Of a stretch of DNA of 64,000 bases, positions 9,079 through 19,356 are shown in pieces. The notes under the pieces are model-generated. The model made no database searches. It saw nothing but the letters and a program-made list of their open reading frames with translations, and was not told the DNA's origin. Each line of letters begins with the position of its first letter. The first letter of the stretch is position 1. Source of the DNA: Alphaproteobacteria bacterium (GTDB lineage Bacteria > Pseudomonadota > Alphaproteobacteria > RF32 > CAG-239); assembly GCA_045577985.1 (NCBI GenBank), contig JAZNJJ010000025.1, positions 42,488 through 106,487 on the forward strand, written 5' to 3'. The position numbers and the translations under genes are program-made.

Positions 9079-10217
9079 TTTTGTTCTCCCGTAGTTTTAT
9101 CTATTAGATCTAACCAAGATGATATTACGCTTTGAGGGGAGTATCTTTCCATATCTTGACGAGCATAGATTCCCATGTTTTTGCGTAAATCCTTGTTACT
9201 CATTAATGTACGTAATTTGTCGGTTAAATCATTTATATCTGATACTAAATATCCACTTTTTTGATCAATAATAATTCTGTTGATTGCGTAAGCAAAGTTA
9301 TATCCTATTCCAGGTAAACCAATAGCTAAACCATCTGCCAGTCCATAACCGAATCCTTCTGTATGGCTTGGTAAAACAACGATTTCAGAGTTTAGATAAT
9401 TTTCAGTAATGTTGTGAGAAAATCCAGGAAATAAAATTTGCTGTTCAAGGTTATGTTGTTTTACAATATTTTGCAGGGTTTGCATATATTTTTTATGTCG
9501 TTTAGAGTTTTTAACTTTGCCGTAAAATTCTATTTTCCAATCTGGATATTCTGTTGCTAATGGAATAAATGCTTCGATTATATCTTTTTGCCTTTTGGCT
9601 TCAGCAATTTGTGCAACATGAATAATTTTTTTTGTATCAAAATTGTAATTTTTTTGTAATTTGGGGATTATTACTTGATTAGGTATTACAACAACTTGTT
9701 TTTGAGGAAATTCATTTTTCACTAAATCAACAAATTCCGGCATTAAAACTTGAATAACATCTACTTGTTTTATTAAATGATGGAATAACTTACGTTTCCA
9801 CCAATGTTTTAAGTGTTTTGCAAAAACTTCATCAGGGGGATTATGCATCATTAAAATAATAGGTATGTTATGTTTTTGGAAAAGTGTTACATTTAATAAA
9901 TCTTGTAGAAAGTAGCATATGATGATATTAGGCTTAATTTTTTTTATTGCTTTGGAAAATCTAAATGATGGTATTGTAAACCAATGGCGAACTGCATGCC
10001 ATATGTTTATAAAACAATTTTGCGAATATTCACTAAGATTTATTTTATTTACTTTTTCAGATATAGGTGCATCTACTTTCTTTTCGTGGCTATCACATAA
10101 TAACGTTACATTATGTCCTGCATTAGATAAATTTGAAGCAAAATTACAAACCCATTTTGTACTAAATGCGCTTCTATCTCTTGTAAGTAATATATTGTAT
10201 GTATTTTTCATAATCAT
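9075..10217 (-). CDS. glycosyltransferase family 4 (GT-B)
   Basis: VLPSHTEGFG, C-terminal SG.LV....L...L..L pattern. Confidence 0.88.
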   Translation of the reverse strand: MIMKNTYNILLTRDRSAFSTKWVCNFASNLSNAGHNVTLLCDSHEKKVDAPISEKVNKINLSEYSQNCFINIWHAVRHWFTIPSFRFSKAIKKIKPNIIICYFLQDLLNVTLFQKHNIPIILMMHNPPDEVFAKHLKHWWKRKLFHHLIKQVDVIQVLMPEFVDLVKNEFPQKQVVVIPNQVIIPKLQKNYNFDTKKIIHVAQIAEAKRQKDIIEAFIPLATEYPDWKIEFYGKVKNSKRHKKYMQTLQNIVKQHNLEQQILFPGFSHNITENYLNSEIVVLPSHTEGFGYGLADGLAIGLPGIGYNFAYAINRIIIDQKSGYLVSDINDLTDKLRTLMSNKDLRKNMGIYARQDMERYSPQSVISSWLDLIDKTTGEQK

Positions 10218-10367
10218 CTTTAGTTTTTTTGTTATTATTTATTATACTAGTTGGATAATAATGAGAGTCAATACAAATTTAGGTATATGCCCATAATTAG
10301 CCATATTTTAAAGAAATATAAAGAGTTATTAAGTAAATTGTCTTAGAATAATTATGAGGATGATATA

Positions 10368-11783
10368 ATGACAAGTAAATTGAAAATATTTTTGTTATCA
10401 GTTATTTTTTTGTTGGGTTATACAAGCATGTCTTTTGAACTAATAGTTTTGAGACAATTGGTTAATTTTGTTGGCTCAAACACAATGGTTACATCTATTG
10501 TTATATCAATAATTCTTTTATTTTTATCTTTAGGATATTATATTGGTTCAGTAATTAGCTTTTCTAAAAAATCAATCAGACAAATAATACAATATATCAT
10601 AATATATTTAGCTATTTGGTATATCTTGTCTTGTTCTTATTATTTACTAGGAGGATATTTTTATTTATTATATGTGATGGGGGTTCGATCTACGTTATCC
10701 TTTGTTATGATATTTTCCTTATTGTTTCTGACATTTCCTTCAACAGGACTTGGTTTTATTACATCTACAGTGGGTAGGATAATTCATCGATCTGATACGG
10801 CATATACGGGTAGATTTATGGCGGTGGATACAATTGGTAGTGTATTAGGGTCTTTAGGTACAACACTGGTATTAATGCCTTTAATAGGTTGTTCTTATAC
10901 GATAGCTTTTCTTGTAATATTAAATTCTTTGGTTTTGTTATGTGTATCAAGAAAGAGAGACTTGTCTAAAAATGCCATGAAATTCATGTTGTTATGTGTT
11001 TTTGCAATATTAGTTAGTACCGAAAAAATTATAAATCCAAATAGTACGTTAATTAAAGATGATGCAATATCTAGAATAGAACTTGTTGAAGAGGATTTTG
11101 AAAATGGAGAACCTTTATCTAAAGAAATTTTAATAAATGGTAGTAATTCTTCTAAAATTTCTAAAAAGGAAGATTTGATGTATGGGTATATTAATTTTAT
11201 CAATCATAATTATATTAATAATTTACCTAAGGATAAAAAACATAATATTTTAATATTAGGAGCAGGTGGCTTTACAATTGGTAAGGATGATGATTTTAAT
11301 GATTATACTTATTTAGATATAGAAAAAAGTATGAAAGATATTTCTGAAAATCAGTTTTTAGAAAAAAAATTAGAAAAAAATAAAAAATTTATAGTTGAAG
11401 ATGCATATTTATTTATGATTAATAATAAGAGTAAATATGATTTAATAGTAGTTGATGTTTATTCTGCAGTTTTCAGTATTCCTACTAATTTTGTTACGGT
11501 TAATTTCTTTGAAATGATTAAAAAAAGTTTGAATGATGACGGAATTATGTTGATGAATATTATAACATCTCCTTCTTTTGGAAATATGTTTTCAAAGAGA
11601 ATGGATAATACGTTGAGATATGTATTTGGTAATTATCTGTCTCGTCAAATTATTCAACCATATAATCCTTATGAATATGATTTAGCTAATATTGTTTATG
11701 TATATTATAATAAAGAAATTGATAATAACATATATACGATGAACGAAAATTCAGCTGTTTATGGTCAAGAGTTAAGTTGGTAA
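10368..11783 (+). CDS. membrane-fused spermidine synthase-like SAM-dependent transferase
   Basis: N-terminal TM bundle (ELIVLR...VG, LSLGYYIG, DTIGSVLGSL) plus ILILGAGG, EDA, YDLIVVDVY. Confidence 0.8.
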   Translation: MTSKLKIFLLSVIFLLGYTSMSFELIVLRQLVNFVGSNTMVTSIVISIILLFLSLGYYIGSVISFSKKSIRQIIQYIIIYLAIWYILSCSYYLLGGYFYLLYVMGVRSTLSFVMIFSLLFLTFPSTGLGFITSTVGRIIHRSDTAYTGRFMAVDTIGSVLGSLGTTLVLMPLIGCSYTIAFLVILNSLVLLCVSRKRDLSKNAMKFMLLCVFAILVSTEKIINPNSTLIKDDAISRIELVEEDFENGEPLSKEILINGSNSSKISKKEDLMYGYINFINHNYINNLPKDKKHNILILGAGGFTIGKDDDFNDYTYLDIEKSMKDISENQFLEKKLEKNKKFIVEDAYLFMINNKSKYDLIVVDVYSAVFSIPTNFVTVNFFEMIKKSLNDDGIMLMNIITSPSFGNMFSKRMDNTLRYVFGNYLSRQIIQPYNPYEYDLANIVYVYYNKEIDNNIYTMNENSAVYGQELSW

Positions 11784-11833
11784 AAAAATAAGGCAGAAAG
11801 AAGCCTTTCTGCCTTAGAAAATGTTCAATAGAA

Positions 11834-12118
11834 CTATTTGCTGTTTACAACATCTTGAAGAGTTTTACCAGCTTTGAATTTAGCAACTTTACGTGCAGGA
11901 ACTTTTACAGTTTCACGTGTACGTGGGTTGATAGCTGTTGTAGCTGCTCTTTTAGATGTAGAGAATGTACCAAAACCAACTAAACGGATATCGTCGCCAG
12001 ATTTTAATGCGCCTGATACTGTAGAAATAAATGCATCTAAAGCTTTTGCAGAATCTGTTTTTGTTAATCCAGAAGCTGAAGCAATGCTATCAATCAATTC
12101 ACTTTTATTCATTTTCAT
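11834..12118 (-). CDS. hup: DNA-binding protein HU
   Basis: MNKSELIDSIA, LVGFGTFS..KRAA...INPRT, KFKAGK. Confidence 0.95.
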   Translation of the reverse strand: MKMNKSELIDSIASASGLTKTDSAKALDAFISTVSGALKSGDDIRLVGFGTFSTSKRAATTAINPRTRETVKVPARKVAKFKAGKTLQDVVNSK

Positions 12119-12332
12119 ATTCCTTTTTAGGTTATAATTGAAATACGAGAAATCTCTTCTCGTTTTTTATCTAATAGTATTAAATTTGTAATGTCAAATA
12201 AAAATGTTGAAGATTTCCCCAAAATAATATGCTTTCAGCCGAAAATTATCTCTTGTGTGTCAAATTTAATCATATTTGACATTATTATTTCTATTCGTTA
12301 ACATAAAAAATGTTCATTATAAGGAGAATCGT

Positions 12333-12830
12333 ATGAGAATTTATGTGTTTTGCTACGTTATGATGTTGTTTTTATGTTCATGTAAAGAATCGGCAAAGCA
12401 AGAGATATATAATGAAAGTAATACCACTGTTATAAATGGTGTTGTGTATGATATTGATGAAAAACCTATAAACGGTTTGTATAAAGTATATTATCCAGAT
12501 GGAAAAGTTAAAATGGAAATAATGAGTAAGCATGGTAAACCTAATGGGGAAGGTAAGTTTTATGCTGAAAGTGGTGAATTGTTATATTCTGCAACTTTTC
12601 GAAAAGGAATAATAGATGGAAAAGTATATAACTATTTTGCAGATGGTGCTATTCGTAATGAAATGAATTATAAAAATGGAAAAATGCATGGTTTGCAGAA
12701 AACTTTTGATGAAGATATGACTTTGGCTATAGAGATTACATATGATAAGGGTAAACCAATTAAAGGATTTGCTATAATTAATGGGCAAAAAATTGATTTT
12801 TCAGCTGAAGAATTAGCAAAAATTAAATAG
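12333..12830 (+). CDS. MORN-variant repeat (YwqK-like) lipoprotein
   Basis: Lipobox LCSC, repeats Y..G.......Y..GK..G; AAGGAG RBS. Confidence 0.75.
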   Translation: MRIYVFCYVMMLFLCSCKESAKQEIYNESNTTVINGVVYDIDEKPINGLYKVYYPDGKVKMEIMSKHGKPNGEGKFYAESGELLYSATFRKGIIDGKVYNYFADGAIRNEMNYKNGKMHGLQKTFDEDMTLAIEITYDKGKPIKGFAIINGQKIDFSAEELAKIK

Positions 12831-13051
12831 TAGACTTGTTTTTTTTCTTTTTAGACATATATGTTTTACTAAATAGTATGTAATGTTGCGAATCGGCTTT
12901 TATGTATTAATTTAGTAAAATCAATTGGTTAGTGTGAGATGGTTTTATCATTAGGGAATTGTTATTTAGTTAATAATTAAAATAATAAATGCCGAAAATG
13001 GCTAAAATTACTCTTTTTTGTACAATTTTTCACAAAAAATGTAAAAAATAC

Positions 13052-13066
13052 TTAACAAATGATTAA
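13052..13066. promoter_or_regulatory. CtrA-box-like motif
   Basis: TTAA-CAAATGA-TTAA in the promoter region of the 13136 gene; chance matches are common at this AT content. Confidence 0.35.
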
Positions 13067-13135
13067 TTTTTTTGTATAAGTGTTCTCAGTAGTTTTGTAT
13101 ATAATAAGATTTATAAAGTTTAACCGGAGGTTTTT

Positions 13136-13582
13136 ATGAAAAATTTATTTTATTTATCTTTAGTAATTGCGATAACAATGTTGTCAGCATGTTCTCATGA
13201 TTCTTATAATGATGGTCGTAATTATCGTTATGCAGGTATTAAGACTGGTGCAAGTTGCAGTGATACATTGATTAAGGATGAACCAAAACCAGTTCCTGCT
13301 CAACATGTTCGATATCAACCAACGGTTATTGCTCAAAATTGTGGGGGTTGCCCTGCAAAAGAATACACGGTTAGAACTCCTGTAAAAGTTGTTTATAAAA
13401 CAACAACTTATCGCACAGTTTATGAACCGCGTACATTCGAAACAACTACATATGAGACTCGTCCGTACAATCGAGTAGAAGCTTGTTCTAACGGAAATTG
13501 TATGAATGGTGGAAATATAGTTGTTCGTCCAACAACTTCTCAAGAAAATGTGGTTGTTGAAGAAGCTGTTATTGAAAAATAA
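13136..13582 (+). CDS. Cys/Thr/Tyr-rich lipoprotein, unknown function
   Basis: Lipobox LSAC, GGAGG RBS, downstream terminator. Confidence 0.8.
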   Translation: MKNLFYLSLVIAITMLSACSHDSYNDGRNYRYAGIKTGASCSDTLIKDEPKPVPAQHVRYQPTVIAQNCGGCPAKEYTVRTPVKVVYKTTTYRTVYEPRTFETTTYETRPYNRVEACSNGNCMNGGNIVVRPTTSQENVVVEEAVIEK

Positions 13583-13648
13583 TATGCTTACATAATTTTC
13601 ATTGTTTTTCTCGAAAAAAAGGAGAGCATTGCTCTCCTTTCCCTTTTA

Positions 13649-14323
13649 TTAATCTGTTTCATAGTGTTGTCGTCGATATTGTTGAACTTCCTCTTTAGGA
13701 GTGAAATCAAAATAAAAAGTGTTTATATTAGTGTTAATTTGAGTATTTTGTCTTCCTCTTTTTTTTATATCTATCCTATGTTTATATGCACTTTTTCTTT
13801 TTTTTCCATTTTTTCCTATTGTCATGGGAGCCATCCAAGTTGTATCAATGTAGAAACGCCTTCCATTAACTATGGCTTCATTCCAAGCATGACCAACCCC
13901 TAATTGTTTTGAAGAAAAATTTTTTTGCGGTGATTTTACATTTTCAACAACATGTCCCGTGACAATTCGTACATTTTTGATTCCGGCTAACATACTCATA
14001 TCATTAAATAATTTTGCAAAATCAGTGCAAATTCCGGCTTTTGCTTTTAAGATATCATATTTATATTTTAATGATTTTTGATGAATTTTTCCATCGTATT
14101 TATAAGCATCATAGGCAATATGTGATGATATCCAATAAGCTATAGCTTGTAGTTTATCATATTCACTATTTAGTGGTTTAGTTAAATATTTGGTTAGTTT
14201 TTTTATATCTGTAGATATTCGTTCAGGGGTATTGAATGCATGCCTCATTATGGATGTTTGTGAGGCAGCGTATGATGTATTATATAATAAAATACAAAAT
14301 AAGATGATTAGTATTTTTTTCAT
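13649..14323 (-). CDS. secreted transglutaminase-like protein
   Basis: Signal peptide; triad GICTDFA, GHAWN, YIDTTW. Confidence 0.85.
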   Translation of the reverse strand: MKKILIILFCILLYNTSYAASQTSIMRHAFNTPERISTDIKKLTKYLTKPLNSEYDKLQAIAYWISSHIAYDAYKYDGKIHQKSLKYKYDILKAKAGICTDFAKLFNDMSMLAGIKNVRIVTGHVVENVKSPQKNFSSKQLGVGHAWNEAIVNGRRFYIDTTWMAPMTIGKNGKKRKSAYKHRIDIKKRGRQNTQINTNINTFYFDFTPKEEVQQYRRQHYETD

Positions 14324-14425
14324 GATAAATCCTTTTCTTTGATGTTTATTATATATAAAAAATACTAATCTTTAGTAAAATTATATGAAAACAGTCGGAA
14401 ATTTCCGACTGTAAAAAAGTGTTGT

Positions 14426-15364
14426 CTAAGCAAAAATTTTATCTACAGAGTAATCGCCATAGGCAAATGATTGACCGGAAATATATCGATATTTTGTTGT
14501 TATTTCAGATATGTTATTTATATCATCCTCATCTAAGTTTATCATAATTGAGGCAATATTTTGTTGTAAATGTATTTCTTGTGTTGATTTTGGAATGACA
14601 ATAACATTTCTATTGATTTGCCATGCCAATAATAACTGAGCAATACTTATATTATTTTTTGTGGCTATTTCTTTTAATGTTTCATCTTCAAATAGAGAAG
14701 GTTCATCCTCGTTTTTATAGTTTCTATCAGTTGAACCTAATGGTGAATATGCAGTTACAGCAATATTATTTTTATGGCAATAATTGATTAATTCATTTTG
14801 AGGAAGATAAGGATGACATTCTATTTGATTTAATGCTGGTATAATATTACCTTTCTCAATAAGTAATGCAAGATTTTTTTGACCAAAATTAGATACACCA
14901 ATTGCTTTGCAAAGACCTTCTTGGTGTGCTTCTTCCATTTTATACCATGTTTCTTCCAGAGGTATTTGAGATAAGGATATCATGTCATTATCACTGGTAG
15001 GAATATTTGTGCCTTTTTTTTGTGCAATAGGCCAATGCATAAGCAGTAGATCGATGTAATCTAATTGTAGTTCTTTGAGAGTCTGTTTTATTGATGGTAT
15101 TACATCATCGGGATGATGAGAGTCATTCCAGAGTTTAGATGTAATAAATAAATTTTCTCTTTTCATGTTATCTTCATTGATAGCATCATGTATTGCTAAT
15201 CCGATTTCAGATTGATTACCATATATTGGAGCGCAATCAAAGTGTGTATATCCAAGCTTTATGCTCCAACGTATTGCTTGATAAATATTTCCGGCAGAAG
15301 ATTTCCATGTTCCTAATCCTATTACAGGAATTTTCTGTTCAGTATTTAATGTTATGTATTTCAT
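14426..15364 (-). CDS. aldo/keto reductase
   Basis: IGLGTW, DCAPIYGN, ITSKLWN, IGVSNF, IPKS. Confidence 0.95.
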   Translation of the reverse strand: MKYITLNTEQKIPVIGLGTWKSSAGNIYQAIRWSIKLGYTHFDCAPIYGNQSEIGLAIHDAINEDNMKRENLFITSKLWNDSHHPDDVIPSIKQTLKELQLDYIDLLLMHWPIAQKKGTNIPTSDNDMISLSQIPLEETWYKMEEAHQEGLCKAIGVSNFGQKNLALLIEKGNIIPALNQIECHPYLPQNELINYCHKNNIAVTAYSPLGSTDRNYKNEDEPSLFEDETLKEIATKNNISIAQLLLAWQINRNVIVIPKSTQEIHLQQNIASIMINLDEDDINNISEITTKYRYISGQSFAYGDYSVDKIFA

Positions 15365-15440
15365 ATAATCCTCCTTAATTTGTTTCTGATATTAACATAT
15401 TGATTAAATATTTTATTTAAAGGAGGAGAGTGTTTGTTTT

Positions 15441-16967
15441 TTATGTATTGGATATATTCGGTTTTTGGGCAACAATTATATATCCATATACGGGGATCTC
15501 AGCTTCATTTCGAAGGATGTGTTTTTCGGTAGAGTTGATTCGCAATCCTGAATTTTTTAATACTTTTTCAACGTAAGATAATGAGTGGACGAATCTTCCG
15601 CTTGGGGTTAAAAAATAATCCTCATCATTTTGATTGTTTTCAGAGATTGTGAATACAAAAAGCCCTTTAGATGTTAATGATCTGGAGACACGAACAAAAG
15701 CTTTGGCTAGATCGCCAAAATAAGTCCATACATCGGATGCTGTTATTACATCAAATAATTTTGTATTATTTTCAAGATATTGACATATATCTTCACAATA
15801 TAAATGATTATATATATTTTTTTCTTTTGCTTTTGCAAGCATGTTTTCAGATAAATCAACTCCCCATAAACCATTTAAAGAGGCAAATTTTTTTATTTTT
15901 TCTCCGCATAATCCAGTTCCGCAACCCAAATCAAGTATTTTATATTTACTGAAAATGGAATATTTTAGATTTTTGCAAAGGGCGTTATATATCAGATGTG
16001 GGGCTTGATAATCTAGATCTGCAAGAGTTTCATCAAAATCGGGAGCAAAAGCATTAAATGTTTCTGTTATAAATTCTGTATCAGATGTTTGAAGTTTTTG
16101 GTTATTCAGGATGGCATTTCCCATATGCTTAGATATGACGTTATCAGGATAAAATTTGAGCCATTTTGACGCATATTTATATGCGAGATCTTTACTCTTT
16201 TCCGCATAGCATTCATATAATAGGTAGCCGAAATTGAGGTGAGGTGTATTACTATTATCTTGATTATTTTTCATAAATTTCCATGCAAAAAATAAGCTTT
16301 TTTCCCAATCATTTAATGAACGATATGTTTCACTAAGAAAATGTATTACTTCTAAGTTAGTATTATCTATATTATATGCATTGAGGTACATCTCTAAAGC
16401 TTTTTCGTGCTTTTCCAGAGCATTGAGTGAATTTCCGGCTAAAATATGTGCCGTTATACTTGAAGGATGTTTGTTTATTGATTTTTTTGCAAATTCTAAT
16501 GCCAAAACGTATTTTCCAATGCAGTAATATGTATTGGCGAGGTTTATTGTGGCTATATAACTATTGTTGTTATTATTATATATTTTTTGGTAGTAATGTA
16601 AGGATTTTTCATAATTTTCATTACAAAAATATGAATTGGCTAAATTTAATAAAGCAGATGTATTGTCTGAATTTATTTGTAAAACTTTATATGCTAAATC
16701 TTCAGATTTTTTATATTGTTTTGTCTCGTAATATATGGTTGATAAGTTTAATAATGCTGATTCGGATTTATTATTTATTTTCAATGCTTTATTGTAGTAT
16801 TGTATAGCCTCTTCTTTTTTGTTTAAGGCATCACAGCAATTTCCACAAGATATTGCATATTTTTCAGTTGATGGACGATTTTTTAATAATATCGTGTATA
16901 GTTCAAGAGCTTGTTTGTATTCTTTCTCGCCAAATAAAACAGAAGCTTTATGTTCTATATTTTTCAT
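15441..16967 (-). CDS. TPR-repeat protein with C-terminal SAM methyltransferase
   Basis: N-terminal TPRs; LDLGCGTGLCG, GVDLSENML. Confidence 0.88.
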   Translation of the reverse strand: MKNIEHKASVLFGEKEYKQALELYTILLKNRPSTEKYAISCGNCCDALNKKEEAIQYYNKALKINNKSESALLNLSTIYYETKQYKKSEDLAYKVLQINSDNTSALLNLANSYFCNENYEKSLHYYQKIYNNNNNSYIATINLANTYYCIGKYVLALEFAKKSINKHPSSITAHILAGNSLNALEKHEKALEMYLNAYNIDNTNLEVIHFLSETYRSLNDWEKSLFFAWKFMKNNQDNSNTPHLNFGYLLYECYAEKSKDLAYKYASKWLKFYPDNVISKHMGNAILNNQKLQTSDTEFITETFNAFAPDFDETLADLDYQAPHLIYNALCKNLKYSIFSKYKILDLGCGTGLCGEKIKKFASLNGLWGVDLSENMLAKAKEKNIYNHLYCEDICQYLENNTKLFDVITASDVWTYFGDLAKAFVRVSRSLTSKGLFVFTISENNQNDEDYFLTPSGRFVHSLSYVEKVLKNSGLRINSTEKHILRNEAEIPVYGYIIVAQKPNISNT

Positions 16968-17114
16968 ATCAACCTCAAACTTTGTTTAACAAGTATAGAA
17001 TATTATCACATAAAAGTGTAAAAATAAAGGAAATAAAAAAAGAATTTATAAAATAATAAAAAAACTATTGACTGTTAAAAATAAATATTGTATCTATGCA
17101 GTTGAAATGTTTAT

Positions 17115-17201
17115 GGGGTTGTGGCGGAATTGGTAGACGCGCCAGACTCAAAATCTGGTGGCAGCAATGTCTTGAGAGTTCGATTCTCTCCGGCCCTACC
17201 A
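17115..17201 (+). tRNA. tRNA-Leu(CAA)
   Basis: GGCGGAATTGGTAGACGC D-arm, CCAGA-CTCAAAA-TCTGG anticodon arm, long variable arm, GTTCGA, CCA end. Confidence 0.95.
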
Positions 17202-17354
17202 ACTTGACCTGCAGTTTTCTGCAGGTTTTTTTTGTATGAAAATTTTGTTATGAATATTTTTTGTTTCTAGTTTATATAAATCATTTGACATATGTATATT
17301 TCTTCGTATTATGTTCTCACTTATTAATTATTTGTTTAATTTAAATGTATAATT

Positions 17355-17969
17355 ATGAATAAATTTCAAAAATTTGCAGCTTTAAGAGCTATGGCACTCA
17401 CTAAGGAGGAGGCCGAAGAGTATTTTGCTTGTAAAATTGGTGAAGATTCTGTATCTAAGCTTAGGAAAAATTCAGAAGAGAAGATTAATCTTAATCGTAT
17501 TGTGACGTCTTTGATGTTGGTTTATGTTAAGGAAGCTCGGGTTGAGTTTTTACCTTATTTAGATTTGGACAGGGTTTCTGAATTATGGGGAATAAAGGTC
17601 GGTAGCTTTGTGTATTGTAAGAATAATAATACGTTACCGTTTGCATCATGGTATGATGTTGTAGAGAGCTTGAAGAAACAGAATGTTGCCAGTTTACCGC
17701 AAGTTCTTCCGTCTGCCGACGATTTTGTCGATGTCTATTCTTACAAGTCTCATTTTCAAGAGATCATTACGTTGTTACGCACTAAAGGGATTAGTGCGGA
17801 TTATTGGGAAGAAGGGTGGTATTGCACCAGAGATACGTATTCTGATGGAGAAAAAGATTTAAATGAAGAATACTTCTCTTTTGGTATGCATAACGGCGAA
17901 TGCGATATCGTTTCTAAGGAGGATATTCCCAGTTTTATTAGGGTTGGTTTCAAAGTTGAAGATGAGTAA
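17355..17969 (+). CDS. hypothetical protein, paralog of 3033..3473
   Basis: 204-aa ORF; VEFLPYLDL....LWGI.VG and VLPS..F.D....K..F.E....L...G..A.Y blocks shared with the 3033 ORF. Confidence 0.75.
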   Translation: MNKFQKFAALRAMALTKEEAEEYFACKIGEDSVSKLRKNSEEKINLNRIVTSLMLVYVKEARVEFLPYLDLDRVSELWGIKVGSFVYCKNNNTLPFASWYDVVESLKKQNVASLPQVLPSADDFVDVYSYKSHFQEIITLLRTKGISADYWEEGWYCTRDTYSDGEKDLNEEYFSFGMHNGECDIVSKEDIPSFIRVGFKVEDE

Positions 17970-17984
17970 GTTGTAATGTATTAA

Positions 17985-18014
17985 AAAAGCTCTTACAGGA
18001 AGTAAGAGCTTTTT
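17985..18014 (+). terminator. intrinsic terminator
   Basis: AAAAGCTCTTAC AGGAA GTAAGAGCTTTTT. Confidence 0.8.
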
Positions 18015-18080
18015 GTTATATCTATCTGTTTTATTTAATTTAGCTATAAAACGTATTATTTTTTATATAAGGAGAGAAAA

Positions 18081-18392
18081 ATGCGTTTTATAAGACCAAA
18101 TAATTTAACTAAAGATTCTTTTATTCTAGATGTAAGAAGTAAGGAAGAACATAATTTAGAGGAATTGAGATTACCTCATATTTGTGTGGATTTGGATGAA
18201 TTGGAACCATTAAAGTTTATAGAAGAAAATAAAATAACCAAAGACAAAACTATAAATATTATATGTTCATCAGGAGGTAGGGCTTCGCGAGCTGCTGAAA
18301 TGTTTGAAAATGTAGGTTTTGAAAATGTTGCAGTAGTCATTGGAGGTATTGTTGAAGCAGAATATGAAGGAGTAGATGTTATTAAACACTAA
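18081..18392 (+). CDS. rhodanese-like domain protein
   Basis: ILDVRS.EE, ICSSGGRA, GG. Confidence 0.88.
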   Translation: MRFIRPNNLTKDSFILDVRSKEEHNLEELRLPHICVDLDELEPLKFIEENKITKDKTINIICSSGGRASRAAEMFENVGFENVAVVIGGIVEAEYEGVDVIKH

Positions 18393-18468
18393 GGTTTGTT
18401 ATTAATTTTAGATACATTATTGTTTTTTATGTTATATGGGATATCATCTATTTTAGAGGAGATGATAG

Positions 18469-19098
18469 ATGCCAAATTGGGAAATTGAAGATAAATATTC
18501 AGGTGTAATTTGTGGAGTGGATGAAGCTGGTAGAGGGCCATGGGTCGGACCTGTGGTTGCTGGTGCAGTTATTTTTTGTAATAGAGAGGTTAATTGGGAA
18601 TTGTTGGAAAATCTCAATGATTCAAAAAAATTGACAGCAAAAAAAAGAGAATATTTGTATGATGTTTTAAGAGAAGAGGAAAAAAAAGGTAATATTAGAT
18701 GTGGAATTGGTTTGGCAAGTGCTGAAGAAATTGATCAATTAAATATTTTACAGGCTACTTTTTTAGCTATGAAGAGAGCTGTAAAACAATTGAATGTAAT
18801 TCCAAATATGGCATTGATTGATGGAAACAGATTACCTAAAGATTTTATATGTGAATGTTCATGTTGGATAAGTGGAGATGCTAAATCTTATTCAATAGCA
18901 GCAGCAAGTATTTTAGCAAAGGTATTTCGTGACAATTTAATGAAAGATTTAGCTATTAAATATCCTGGATATGGCTTTGAAAAAAATGCCGGATATGGAA
19001 CAAAAGAACATATAGAAGGAATAAAAAAATATGGTGTAATTTCGGAACATAGAAAAAGTTATAAACCAATAAAAGAGTTTCTAAATAATGTAATTTAA
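18469..19098 (+). CDS. rnhB: ribonuclease HII
   Basis: GVDEAGRGP..GPVVA, DSKKL, IAAASILAKV.RD, GYGT. Confidence 0.97.
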   Translation: MPNWEIEDKYSGVICGVDEAGRGPWVGPVVAGAVIFCNREVNWELLENLNDSKKLTAKKREYLYDVLREEEKKGNIRCGIGLASAEEIDQLNILQATFLAMKRAVKQLNVIPNMALIDGNRLPKDFICECSCWISGDAKSYSIAAASILAKVFRDNLMKDLAIKYPGYGFEKNAGYGTKEHIEGIKKYGVISEHRKSYKPIKEFLNNVI

Positions 19099-19143
19099 AT
19101 AAAACTTGATTTTTTAATAAATATCTTTATAAGTTCTCTATAT

Positions 19144-19220
19144 ACAGGCGTAGCTCATCAGGATAGAGCGACTTCCTCCTAAGAAGTAGGTAGGCGGTTC
19201 GAGTCCGCCCGCTTGTACCA
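19144..19220 (+). tRNA. tRNA-Arg(CCT)
   Basis: ACAGGCG/CGCTTGT acceptor stem, ACTTC-CTCCTAA-GAAGT anticodon arm, GGTTCGAGTCC, CCA. Confidence 0.95.
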
Positions 19221-19356
19221 GAAATAACCACCTTTCTAAGGTGGTTATTTTGGGTTTTATAAGATATTAGAAACATTCCAAAATGATTATTATGAAATTT
19301 TAATATTATTAGGATGTCTATTTTGTAGTATCTTTATTTTGATTATAGAAAATTAA

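Noticed and set aside
3033-17969. Diversity-generating retroelement
   Set aside because: No reverse transcriptase and no near-identical TR/VR pair; the paralogs are too diverged at the DNA level
17202-18014. Integrative element at tRNA-Leu
   Set aside because: No integrase and no duplicated tRNA 3' end seen; same for tRNA-Arg and tRNA-Met
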